Positions 9,595 to 19,547 are shown, counted from the stretch's first letter. The stretch is DNA of 55,444 nucleotides from Methanobacteriota archaeon (GCA_009937205.1 JAACCR010000042.1:1-55444); one strand, 5' to 3'. Notes: generated from the letters alone by a model not told the origin. Numbers and translations are program-made.

Positions 9595-11892
9595 GTGAGG
9601 GAAATGCGTGAAAAGGTAACAGCCCTCACCCCTCCAGATAACAACAAATTAAAGTTATCAAAAATAAAAACTACTGCTGCAGGAATACCTGCTGCCTTGT
9701 CTTCCATGAAACATGGGATTACAAGAATGGGCGTGGCTAAAACGGTTAAAAGTTTGATGATGGTTAACCAGCAGAAGGGATTTGATTGCCCAGGATGTGC
9801 TTGGCCTGATCCATCGCATCGAACAACATTTGAATTCTGTGAAAATGGTGCTAAAGCAATTGCTGATGAAGGAACAAAAGCACGCGTCACCCCTGATTTT
9901 TTCAAGAAATATTCTGTACAACATCTTTCCAATCAAAGTGATTATTGGCTAAATAAGCAAGGCAGAATTACCAATCCAATGTACCTTGCAAAGGATTCTT
10001 CTCATTATACAGAAATAAGCTGGGATGATGCATTTGAAAAAATATCTACTCAGTTGAATTCCTTACAATCTGCTGATAATGCAGCGTTTTATACATCTGG
10101 GAGAACTAGTAATGAAGCCGCATTCTTATATCAGGCATTTGTACGTGCTTTTGGAACAAATAACTTACCTGATTGCTCAAACATGTGTCATGAGTCGAGT
10201 GGTAAAGGATTGGGAGCTACAATTGGCATTGGTAAAGGGACTGTTACACTTGAAGATTTCAACAAAGCCGAGTTGATACTAGTAATTGGTCAGAACCCAG
10301 GCACCAACCACCCGCGTATGCTAACTGCACTAAGGGATGCAAAAAATAAAGGTGCAAAAATAATTCATGTAAATCCTCTTCCTGAATCTGGTTTGAACCG
10401 TTTCAAACACCCACAAGACTACATGACTGCTAACCTAAAATCTACTACACTCGCCGATATTCACTTACAGGTAAAAATTGGAGGGGATGCTGCTTTGGTC
10501 AAGGGATTGATAAAGATTCATCACCAAAAAGGTGGCATTGATGAATCATTCATTGACTCAAAAACAGATGGTTACGAATCAATGATAGAATCTGCATTGG
10601 AGACACCATGGGATGTAATCTGCATGGATAGCGGACTCTCTAGGCAACAAATAGAGCATGCGGGAGAGATGTGTGCGAATTCAAATGCTACTATCGCTTG
10701 CTGGGCGATGGGGTTGACACAGCATCGCAATGGTGTTACAGTAATTCAAGAAGTTGTTAATCTCTTATTGATGGGAGGCCATGTTGGCCGTGAAGGCACT
10801 GGGTTTTGCCCTGTAAGAGGTCACTCAAATGTGCAAGGTGATAGAACCGTGGGCATTTGGGAAGCCCCATCTGAATCATTCTTGGAACGGTTAGAACAGG
10901 GATTGGGCTTTCAAATGCCTCAGCACCATGGATACGATGTCGTCCATGCGATTAAGGCTATGAGAAAGGGTGATATCGGCGTCTTTTTCTGTTTAGGGGG
11001 TAATTTTATCTCGGCCAGCCCAGATACCGAGGCTACTGCTGAAGGAATGCAAAAAGTTGATCTCACAATCCAGGTATCTACCAAACTCAATCGCGCTCAC
11101 TGCATCACTGGTAAGGAAGCATTGATTCTTCCTTGTCTTGGGCGTACTGAACTCGACATCACCAAAGACGGCGAACAATTTGTTTCTGTGGAAAACTCAA
11201 TGGGTATAGTCCATAGTTCTAGAGGCGGCTTCCGTCCTGCTAGCACACACCTACGAAGTGAGCCATGGATTGTTGCACAATTAGCCAATGCTACATTGGG
11301 AGACAAGCATTTGGATTGGTTAGAACTGACTGATAATTATGATAATATTAGAAACTTGATGGAAAAATCACTGCATGGCTTTGAAGATTATAACCTTAGA
11401 ATCCGCAATCCTAATGGTTTTTCACTACCTAATCCGCCAAGAGACGACCAATCATTTGCTACAGACAATGGAAAGGCGCACTTCACTACTAATCCGTTAC
11501 CAAATGTATCTATTGATGATGATAAATATGTAATGATGACAATTAGAAGTCACGACCAATATAACACTACTATCTACGATCTACATGACAGGTACAGAGG
11601 TATACATGGCAACAGAAGAGTGGTGATGATGAATGCTAACGATATGATGGAAAGGGGATGGAAAACAAGAACTATCGTAGACATTATATCTCATTTTAAT
11701 GGCCAAACTAGAAAGGCAGACCAGTGGATTGTTATTCCGTATGATATTCCAAGTGGTAATATCGCTACTTACTTCCCTGAAGCCAATTGTCTTGTTCCTC
11801 TTGAATCAACAGCAGATATCTCTAATACGCCAACTTCGAAATGGGTTGTAGTATCATTGCATGAGAGTAACTCCTCGCAAGAGGAGGAGTGA
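9595..11892 (+). CDS. FdhF/YdeP-family molybdopterin oxidoreductase
   Basis: N-terminal AAGIPA...GFDCPGCAWPDP block typical of the YdeP group. CSNMCHESS active-site Cys and no in-frame TGA. Start is GTG at 9595 or ATG at 9604. Confidence 0.85.
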   Translation: MREMREKVTALTPPDNNKLKLSKIKTTAAGIPAALSSMKHGITRMGVAKTVKSLMMVNQQKGFDCPGCAWPDPSHRTTFEFCENGAKAIADEGTKARVTPDFFKKYSVQHLSNQSDYWLNKQGRITNPMYLAKDSSHYTEISWDDAFEKISTQLNSLQSADNAAFYTSGRTSNEAAFLYQAFVRAFGTNNLPDCSNMCHESSGKGLGATIGIGKGTVTLEDFNKAELILVIGQNPGTNHPRMLTALRDAKNKGAKIIHVNPLPESGLNRFKHPQDYMTANLKSTTLADIHLQVKIGGDAALVKGLIKIHHQKGGIDESFIDSKTDGYESMIESALETPWDVICMDSGLSRQQIEHAGEMCANSNATIACWAMGLTQHRNGVTVIQEVVNLLLMGGHVGREGTGFCPVRGHSNVQGDRTVGIWEAPSESFLERLEQGLGFQMPQHHGYDVVHAIKAMRKGDIGVFFCLGGNFISASPDTEATAEGMQKVDLTIQVSTKLNRAHCITGKEALILPCLGRTELDITKDGEQFVSVENSMGIVHSSRGGFRPASTHLRSEPWIVAQLANATLGDKHLDWLELTDNYDNIRNLMEKSLHGFEDYNLRIRNPNGFSLPNPPRDDQSFATDNGKAHFTTNPLPNVSIDDDKYVMMTIRSHDQYNTTIYDLHDRYRGIHGNRRVVMMNANDMMERGWKTRTIVDIISHFNGQTRKADQWIVIPYDIPSGNIATYFPEANCLVPLESTADISNTPTSKWVVVSLHESNSSQEEE

Positions 11893-11894
11893 TT

Positions 11895-13148
11895 ATGAGC
11901 GATATTGGTTATGTGCAATTACTTCGTTCAAATGGAAATTTCCGCAGTCTGTGGCTTGCTTCGGTAATTTCAATGTTAGGGGAATGGTTCAACACAATAG
12001 CACTGTTTTTCTTGATTCTGGAATACACAGGTTCAGAATTTTTACTCGGATTCCTATTCACTGTAAGAATGGCTTCGTTTGCCTTAATGCAACCATTTAT
12101 TGGATTACTAGCCGATAGATATAGTCGTAAATCAATAATGGTATTTGCAAATTTTACTCAAATATTTTTAGCCCTTGGTTTTCTTCTAGTAGATAGTGCA
12201 TCTGACATACCATGGATGATTGCATTATCAGGATTAATGATGTTACTACATGGGACATATATGACTGCTGAAAGGGCTGCAATACCCAATATTGTCAGTG
12301 ATGAGGATTTGGCTACAGCCAATGCCCTCGATGCGGCTTCATGGTCTATAGCATTGTGCATAGGGGCATTGTTGGGTGGAGTGGTGGTGTCAAATTGGGG
12401 CGCAGATGCAGCCTTTATTATTGATTCAATGACTTTTGTAATCGCTACACTTCTATTAATTCCAGTAAAAATACAACAAAAAGTCGAGGAAGAGATGCAA
12501 ACGCCATTCTTCAAAACTGCATTTTCAAATATTAAACGCGGTTGGTTAAGAGTGTACACTGAGTCGCGCTTGTTGAGAATTATATTTGCAAAAACATCCT
12601 GGAATATCGCCGGTGGTGCATTGGCTGGAGTGTTCTTGGTATTATTGGGATCAGAAACCGATGGTTATGGAGCGGCCATGGGGTTCGGCATATTCTTTTT
12701 CGCAAGAGGTGTCGGAACGGGGCTTGGACCTATAATAGCTAGAAATGTATTGAAAGATGAATCTAAATGGCCAGGATTAATTGGTAAGTTAGTTGTCATA
12801 AGCGGGAGTTTTTACGTATTGGTTTCACTGACTTTGAATATCAGTATCGTATTGACGGTATTTCTTGTTCTTCTTGCCCATGCTGCCAGCGGTGCTAATT
12901 GGGTTCTTTCAACTATCCTTACCCAACGTTGGGTAGAAGATGAAATGAGAGGTAGAGTGTTCTCTATTGATATGTTGTTCATGTCTATCGCATTTTCAAT
13001 TTCTACTTCAGTAGCTGGATATTTGGTGGAAAATTACAATCTAGGAATCGCTGATGGAATTCTATACTTTGGTTCACTGATGATACTATCTGGAATATTG
13101 TTTACATTATGGAATCCCAGTAATTCAAAAAGCGTCACACCGGCGTAA
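11895..13148 (+). CDS. MFS transporter (EntS/MFS_3-like)
   Basis: About 12 hydrophobic segments. N-terminal FRSLWLASVISMLGEWF and LADRYSRK loop motifs. Starts 3 nt after the upstream stop (a GTG at 11889 would overlap it). Confidence 0.8.
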   Translation: MSDIGYVQLLRSNGNFRSLWLASVISMLGEWFNTIALFFLILEYTGSEFLLGFLFTVRMASFALMQPFIGLLADRYSRKSIMVFANFTQIFLALGFLLVDSASDIPWMIALSGLMMLLHGTYMTAERAAIPNIVSDEDLATANALDAASWSIALCIGALLGGVVVSNWGADAAFIIDSMTFVIATLLLIPVKIQQKVEEEMQTPFFKTAFSNIKRGWLRVYTESRLLRIIFAKTSWNIAGGALAGVFLVLLGSETDGYGAAMGFGIFFFARGVGTGLGPIIARNVLKDESKWPGLIGKLVVISGSFYVLVSLTLNISIVLTVFLVLLAHAASGANWVLSTILTQRWVEDEMRGRVFSIDMLFMSIAFSISTSVAGYLVENYNLGIADGILYFGSLMILSGILFTLWNPSNSKSVTPA

Positions 13149-13188
13149 GATGGCAATGCTCAAAGACAGGCTGAGATGACCCTGTGTT

Positions 13189-15131
13189 ATGACGGGAGAG
13201 GCCGCCTCTATCCTTGCCACTTGCCTCGTATCTGGCATTCCCGATGAGTTACCAGAAATGCCTCCTTGGGATGATGGGGTTGACCATGCTCCCGCAAGGC
13301 GACAAGTATTGTCTCATCAAGAGAAGCAATTGGCTATTAGAAATGCATTGAGATATTTCCCAAAGCATTTACATGCAACACTCGCAAAGAGTTTAGTCAA
13401 GAATTGAATACTTTTGGTAGAGTAATAATGTGGCGATACCGGCCCACTGAGTATGAAATGCGAGCATATCCTATCGACTATTATCCAGCGAAATGCAAAC
13501 AAGCAGCCGCGATAATGTTGATGATTCAAAATAATTTAGATCCAATGGTAGCTCAATTCCCTCACGAATTGATAACTTATGGCGGTAATGGGGCAGTTTT
13601 CCAAAATTGGGCACAATACCGAATTGTGATGAAATATCTATCGCAGATGTCTGAACATCAAACATTGGTAATGTATTCAGGTCACCCTCTTGGACTATTT
13701 CCTTCAAGCCCAAGTGCTCCAAGAGCAATAGTCACAAACGGCATGGTGATTCCAAACCATTCATCTGCTGAAGATTATGAAAGAATGAATGCCTTAGGTG
13801 TAAGTCAATATGGTCAAATGACCGCTGGATCTTACATGTACATTGGACCCCAGGGAATCGTTCATGGAACTACAATTACTTTACTTAATGCAGCTAGGGA
13901 CAAATTAGGAATTTCTGGCGAGGAGGGCTTAGAAGGGATTTCTTTCGTGACATCCGGCTTAGGTGGTATGTCCGGGGCTCAAGCGAAGGCTGCTGTAATT
14001 GCAGGTGCCGCCTGCATCATTGCTGAAGTCAATCCACATGCGGCTAAGAAGAGGTATCAACAAGGTTGGCTGAGTACCGTTGCTGATGATGTTGATGATG
14101 CAATTGATAAAATGCTCTTGGCAGTTCAAGATAAGGAAGCAATTTCTATTGGATATGTAGGAAATATAGTCACTCTTTGGGAGAGGTTGGCTGAAAGAGA
14201 GGTTAAGGTCGATTTAGGAAGTGATCAAACTTCCCTACACAATCCATGGCAAGGGGGATATTTACCCGTCGGATTTGATTACGAAGTTGCATCACTAATG
14301 ATGTCACAGCAACCTCAGAAGTTTGCTGATGAAGTAAAAAATAGTTTGATTCGGCATGCTAATGCAATCAACAAAATGACTGATGAAGGGATGTATTTTT
14401 GGGATTATGGCAATGCATTCCTTCTCGAAGCTAGTAGGGCCGGTGCAGATGTTATCAATGCGGATGGCGGTTTCAAATATCCGTCATACGTTGAAGATAT
14501 CATGGGACCGATGTGCTTTGACTACGGCTTTGGACCATATAGGTGGGTTTGCTGTTCAGGGAGTCCACAGGATTTAGCGGAATCAGATGCAATTGCCTGT
14601 GAAGTTCTTTCTGAAATGATACTGGAATCTCCAATAGAAATTCAACAACAGATGAGAGATAATATTCGCTGGATTGAGCAAGCGGAGTCAAATAATATGG
14701 TCGTAGGCTCTCAAGCGCGTATTCTCTATGCAGATGATGAAGGAAGAAGGAGAATAGCGTCAGCAATGAATAAGGCTATCTCAACAGGGAGAATCTCGGG
14801 TCCAATAGTATTGGGTAGAGATCATCACGATGTTTCAGGAACCGACTCCCCTTACAGAGAAACTGCAAATATTTCTGACGGCTCAATGTTTACTGCTGAC
14901 ATGGCGGTTCAAAACTTCGTAGGTGATTCCTTTAGAGGTGCAACGTGGGTTAGTTTGCACAATGGTGGAGGTGTTGGCTGGGGCGAAGTTGTAAACGGTG
15001 GCTTTGGTTTGATGCTAGATGGAACAGATGATTCTGAAACTCGATTACAATCAATGCTACACTGGGATGTCAATAATGGTGTGGCGAGAAGGGCTTGGGC
15101 TCGTAATGACGGTGCTATTTTTGCTGCATAA
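13189..15131 (+). pseudogene. hutU: urocanate hydratase (long, eukaryote-like type) split by a -1 frameshift near 13387-13391
   Basis: ORF 13189-13407 carries the N-terminal HAP...LAIRNALRYFP block. ORF 13404-15131 carries the rest (GGMSGAQAKAA, GSDQTSLHNP, RDHHDVSGTDSPYRET). The conserved LAK|EFSQEL junction is recovered only by shifting frame at AAG/GAG. Confidence 0.85.
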
Positions 15132-15221
15132 AGAGCAATGCAATCACAACCGGATTTACAAGTAACTTTGCCAAATATTGTTGATGACGATATAATTAAC
15201 TCAGTCTGATGTGGTGGAAAT

Positions 15222-16775
15222 ATGGGAGAAGACAATACAATCTATCTCGACGGAGAAACTCTGTCTTCTTCTGAAGTGCAGATGGTTGCTGAAGGAAAGG
15301 CATCAGTTGCCATTCCTCAAGATTCATGGGTCAAAATTAATGCAGCACGATCTGTGATTGATGGAATACTTGAGAGAGGAGAAACTGTTTACGGAATCAA
15401 TACAGGATTCGGTGCATTGGTCAAGGAAAGAATATCTGTTGAAGATTTAGCAGACTTACAAAGAAATCTTATCCGTTCACACGCCACTGGTTTGGGAGAG
15501 TTCATGCCAAAGGAATTGGTTAGGGCGATGATGGTTACACGGGCTAATTCTCTTGCAAAGGGGTGTTCAGGAGTACATCCGGATGTTGTTAATCAACTAA
15601 TTGCTTTCATCAATAACGACATTTGCCCAGCGATACCACGCATAGGTAGTTTGGGAGCTAGTGGAGATTTAGCACCATTGTCACACATGGCCCTTTCACT
15701 AATCGGAGAGGGCGAGGTATTGACAGAAACAGGCGTTGGTCCTACTAGGGATGCCTTACTCGCCAATGGCTTAATTGGTATTCAATTGAGGGCTAAGGAT
15801 GGATTGTCTCTAATCAATGGAACTAGTCAAATGTTATCTCTCTTAGTTGCTGCTGAGCAAAGGCTTAGCCAATTATTACCCCTCGCTGACATAATCATGT
15901 GTTGTTCATTAGAAGCTAGGAAAGGGAGTGTGATGCCGGCTGATGAAAGAGTCCATCTGGCTCGTCCTCACATTGGCCAATTGACAACAGCATCACGGAT
16001 ACGAAGAATAATGAAAGATTCTCCAATTCTTCAATCTCATATTCATTGTGAACAAGTTCAAGATGCTTATTCTTTTAGATGCGCTCCACAAGTCCATGGT
16101 GCTGTTTTACAGAGGTTTATGCAACTGCAAGAAACATTGAGTATAGAGTTGAATAGTGCGACTGACAATCCATTGGTATTTCCAGACCCTTCTAATCCAG
16201 GGCCACACGAAGTTATTTCACAGGGTAATTTCCATGGAGAAGTTTTAGCATTATGTGCTGATTCCATGGCTCATGCACTTTTTGAATTGGCATCTATTAG
16301 TGAACGAAGAATTGACCAAATCCTCGACCCAGCAAGGAGTAATCTGCCAGCATTCTTGGCAAAGAATTCTGGTCTTGAATCTGGATTGATGATTGTCCAA
16401 TATGTCGCAGGTGCATCTTTGGCTGAATTACATGGTCATGCAATGCCACGTTCAGCATTCTCTACTAGCACTTCAGCAGGGCAAGAAGACCATGTTAGTA
16501 TGGGTGCTACTGCTTGTTGGAATCTTCTGCTTGCTACTGAGCGATTATCAGAGGTTTTGGCATGTGAATTATTTGTCGCGTGTGAAGCATTAGAATTTGA
16601 ACAACTACAACCTGCAGATCATGTTCGCTCATTGAAGCAAAGAGTTAGAGTTATTTCACCACCACTTGATGGAGACAGAAGTACAAGCAAAGAGTTGAAA
16701 CAAATTGCTAACCAGTTGTGGCAAGGTGGTTGGCTTGCTAGAATTGAAGCAGAATGTGGCAGACTACCTCGTTAA
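15222..16775 (+). CDS. hutH: histidine ammonia-lyase
   Basis: MIO-forming GSLGASGDLAPLSH motif. Full-length 517 aa. Confidence 0.95.
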   Translation: MGEDNTIYLDGETLSSSEVQMVAEGKASVAIPQDSWVKINAARSVIDGILERGETVYGINTGFGALVKERISVEDLADLQRNLIRSHATGLGEFMPKELVRAMMVTRANSLAKGCSGVHPDVVNQLIAFINNDICPAIPRIGSLGASGDLAPLSHMALSLIGEGEVLTETGVGPTRDALLANGLIGIQLRAKDGLSLINGTSQMLSLLVAAEQRLSQLLPLADIIMCCSLEARKGSVMPADERVHLARPHIGQLTTASRIRRIMKDSPILQSHIHCEQVQDAYSFRCAPQVHGAVLQRFMQLQETLSIELNSATDNPLVFPDPSNPGPHEVISQGNFHGEVLALCADSMAHALFELASISERRIDQILDPARSNLPAFLAKNSGLESGLMIVQYVAGASLAELHGHAMPRSAFSTSTSAGQEDHVSMGATACWNLLLATERLSEVLACELFVACEALEFEQLQPADHVRSLKQRVRVISPPLDGDRSTSKELKQIANQLWQGGWLARIEAECGRLPR

Positions 16776-17681
16776 TCACAAGTTAAGTAACCATTTTTCA
16801 AGTTCATCTAGGCCAGTTAGTTGCCTAATTCTGAATCTAGCAGTAGTTAATTCAGTGGCTGAGATATTATCGGAAATTGCTTCTAAGTGGTTTTCTAATT
16901 GAACAGCCCTTCTAACCTTCTCCTCAACAGATGAATATAATTGATGTGCCCTCTTTTCATCCATAATCGTAAGTGCGGGTTCAACTTCAGAAACATCTAG
17001 GCCCATTCTCCTCCACTGTAAAATACGGCGAGTGAGGATTGAATTACTAAATCCATTACGAGGTAATCGAGTCAACATTACCAGCCTCGGAGAGCCATCT
17101 TCTCTAGTATCTAATTCAATGTTTTCTCCAGGCATTTGCTGGAAGTTATGAATTTTTATTGCATCACTGGAATCATTTTGTGTATCAGAGTGTTCTTCAT
17201 GGAACTCAATAAGTTCCTCTTGCATTTGCAAGAAAATATCTGCTTCTGGGGCCTCCCTCCTCAATCGCGCTAACCACACCGAATCAAACACTAAGCAATT
17301 TATCGGAAATATGATCTTCCAAGAACTTTTATACGATTCATCTCTAATTTGCCGAACAAATGCCAGCACAGCATCCTCACCGTGTAAAGACACTAGCCAC
17401 TCAAGTCCTTCTATGACTATCAATCCATGGTCATTAGGTAATTTAGAAGTGATAATGTGAGCTATTTTTTCAAGGCTAGGCGTAATTGCGCCAGCAGTAG
17501 CACGGTCAGATAGCCAATATGATTCAACCTTGGCCAAATCAATGTATTCTAACAAACGTTTGTGGGGTTGGCGGCTAAACAACAATACTTGTTGCTGTGA
17601 GACTTCTAATTGTTTGTCGAGCCAAGGATATAAAGCAGTATTGTCGGATAATTCTGCAGTATATAGTCGTCCTTGTTCCAT
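16776..17681 (-). CDS. soluble DUF835-like protein with helical C-terminal half
   Basis: GLIVIEGLEWLVSLHGEDAVLAFVRQIRDES...IIFPINCLVFDSVWLARLRRE resembles the DUF835 core. No TM segments. Its stop abuts the hutH stop. Confidence 0.5.
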   Translation of the reverse strand: MEQGRLYTAELSDNTALYPWLDKQLEVSQQQVLLFSRQPHKRLLEYIDLAKVESYWLSDRATAGAITPSLEKIAHIITSKLPNDHGLIVIEGLEWLVSLHGEDAVLAFVRQIRDESYKSSWKIIFPINCLVFDSVWLARLRREAPEADIFLQMQEELIEFHEEHSDTQNDSSDAIKIHNFQQMPGENIELDTREDGSPRLVMLTRLPRNGFSNSILTRRILQWRRMGLDVSEVEPALTIMDEKRAHQLYSSVEEKVRRAVQLENHLEAISDNISATELTTARFRIRQLTGLDELEKWLLNL

Positions 17682-17794
17682 CAGCCAGCCTCCCTTAAAT
17701 GATACTATGAAGTAACCGCTCTATTTACTATGTGTCACAGTAAACTCCATCAAGCATTATATCTATTGTTTGTTTGGCATATATAGGTGTGACA

Positions 17795-19543
17795 ATGACC
17801 GAGACAGAGAATGAAGAAATCTCAATGGCAGAATGTGGGAATTGCCGTGCAATAATTCCGAGTGATTCTAGCGAATGTTCAGAATGTAAAATCAAGTTGT
17901 CGGGACTTTCCGAAGATGCTCTAGGTGAATGTGGCGCTTGTGGAACTCTAGTGCCTCTAGAATCATCTAGTTGTAAAAAATGCGGCGTTATTTTTGTTGC
18001 TGATGATGTGATGGATGTATTACGAAAATGGCTAGCTAACACTGGCTTAAGCATATCCTCATTATTTGAGAAATTCGATACTAACGGAGATGGAATGATA
18101 GACTCTGATGAATTAAGACAGGGCCTGTTGAGCCTAAATCTAGCAGATCTCCCTCCATCACAAATTGAAAGATTGATTGAGCAAATAGATGTTGACGGTG
18201 ATGGAAAAATAGACTTGGCGGAATTAGAAACATCCGTTACTGGCGCAGAATACGTACCTTCTGCTGACGAAAAAGAAGAAGATTCCGAAGTAGAAGTTGC
18301 AGAAGAAGGCGATTCTGAAGAAGAAACTGAAGAAGAAACTGAAGAAGAAGATGATTCTGAAGAAGAAGACGATTCTGAAGAAGAAACTGAAGAAGAAGAT
18401 TCCGAAGAAGAAACTGAAGAAGAAGATTCCGAAGAAGAAACCGAAGAAGACGATGATTCCGAAGACGATAGCGAATCTGCTCCAAAACAACATAATCCTG
18501 CTGAGATCCTTGAAATGTTGATTAATATCATGGATGAGAAAGAGGCTAATCCAGCAGAAATTTTCCATGTATTGGATGAAGATGGTGACAAATATGTTAG
18601 CAGTGAAGAATTTGCAAATACCATTGGAGAACTACTAGAAGATGAAGAGATTAGCCAAACAAGTATTTCCGATTTCATTGAGTCTTTGGATGCAGATAAA
18701 GATGGAAATATTGACATAATCGAATTCATTTCTGCAATTGAGTCTCACGAAGATGAAGACTTAGAAAAGCCTCCTAAAGAATTCCCTTCAGCAATACAAT
18801 CTTCTATGATGTCAAAGAAATGGAATGATGTCTGGTGGCCACTAATCCACGCAGCATTATTTATCTTTATTCTTGCTTGGATAGTAAACGGATATCTTGG
18901 ACCAGTAGACGGTTCTGGAGGATCAATCGAATTAGATAGCAAGTATGGAATGGGCTTTGAAGGAATTAATGAAGGAGAAATTTACTCTTGTGACAGCGAT
19001 GTTCAAGCCGATGGCTGTGCCAATTCATTAACACCATTCTCTGGTGAAAATGGAGCATCATCCATGCCTAAGGGATTCTATACAGATGGTATTATCTTTA
19101 TTCTCATCGGAGCTATTGCAATGGGTGGTTCTATGTTTACACACCTTGTATTAGCCAAAGGGTGGAGAGCGCGTGTCAGGGCCATGAAAGAAGTTCAATC
19201 TGATACTGAAGATGCAAAGGAAGCATCGGAGGACGAAGATGAAGGTGATTCAGACTCGGATGAAGAAAAAGATGATTCTGTTAGCGATGAAGAAATCTCT
19301 GAAGATGAAGGAGATGATGATTCCGGTGACGAAGAAGATGACTCTGATGACGAAGAAGGAGATGATTCAGATGACGAAGAAGATGATATCGACATCGGAT
19401 CTCATATTGGACTCACAGTTGATGAGGAAGAATTCTTTGGAACCATAATTGAGTTTGATGATGAGGACGAACTTGTTACAATCAAGGAAGACGGTACTGG
19501 TGATGAAATAACTGGATACCAAGATGAGATGTTCTTGGAGTAA
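17795..19543 (+). CDS. double zinc-ribbon / 4x EF-hand / poly-acidic two-TM membrane protein
   Basis: CGNC..CSEC and CGAC..CKKC ribbons. EF loops DTNGDGMIDSDE, DVDGDGKIDLAE, DEDGDKYVSSEE, DADKDGNIDIIE. Two hydrophobic helices and two acidic tracts. First ATG is at 17795 (the ORF opens with TTG at 17774). Confidence 0.8.
   Translation: MTETENEEISMAECGNCRAIIPSDSSECSECKIKLSGLSEDALGECGACGTLVPLESSSCKKCGVIFVADDVMDVLRKWLANTGLSISSLFEKFDTNGDGMIDSDELRQGLLSLNLADLPPSQIERLIEQIDVDGDGKIDLAELETSVTGAEYVPSADEKEEDSEVEVAEEGDSEEETEEETEEEDDSEEEDDSEEETEEEDSEEETEEEDSEEETEEDDDSEDDSESAPKQHNPAEILEMLINIMDEKEANPAEIFHVLDEDGDKYVSSEEFANTIGELLEDEEISQTSISDFIESLDADKDGNIDIIEFISAIESHEDEDLEKPPKEFPSAIQSSMMSKKWNDVWWPLIHAALFIFILAWIVNGYLGPVDGSGGSIELDSKYGMGFEGINEGEIYSCDSDVQADGCANSLTPFSGENGASSMPKGFYTDGIIFILIGAIAMGGSMFTHLVLAKGWRARVRAMKEVQSDTEDAKEASEDEDEGDSDSDEEKDDSVSDEEISEDEGDDDSGDEEDDSDDEEGDDSDDEEDDIDIGSHIGLTVDEEEFFGTIIEFDDEDELVTIKEDGTGDEITGYQDEMFLE
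18311..18451 (+). repeat. in-frame 27-nt tandem repeats encoding DSEEETEEE
   Basis: Unit gattc[t/c]gaagaagaaac[t/c]gaagaaga[a/c] at 18311-18337, then three consecutive copies at 18371-18397, 18398-18424 and 18425-18451. Confidence 0.85.
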
Positions 19544-19547
19544 ATAC

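Noticed and set aside
9595-11892. Possible selenocysteine (in-frame TGA plus SECIS) in the Fdh-like molybdoenzyme.
   Set aside because: The frame is uninterrupted and the active-site position carries Cys (CSNMCHESS).
8134-12559. Antisense ORFs 8134-8562, 9351-9932, 9658-9936 and 12158-12559. Similar cases occur elsewhere in the window: 5526-5798, 21023-21447, 45851-46207, 46561-47143 and 50257-50673.
   Set aside because: Each lies fully inside a strongly supported gene on the other strand and has odd composition with no motifs.
17728-18729. A 333-aa Ser-rich ORF on the minus strand, plus the alternative-frame ORFs 18224-18568, 18237-18485, 18297-18521 and 19195-19395.
   Set aside because: These are shadow frames of the GAA/GAT-rich acidic tracts in the EF-hand gene. 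Their poly-Ser, poly-Lys or poly-Phe composition is exactly what the complement or a shifted frame of (GAA)n gives. They have no independent motifs.
18290-19390. Repetitive DNA checked as a possible CRISPR array.
   Set aside because: The 27-nt units are contiguous with no spacers, they are in frame inside a CDS, and the second acidic tract is irregular. This is not a repeat-spacer architecture.
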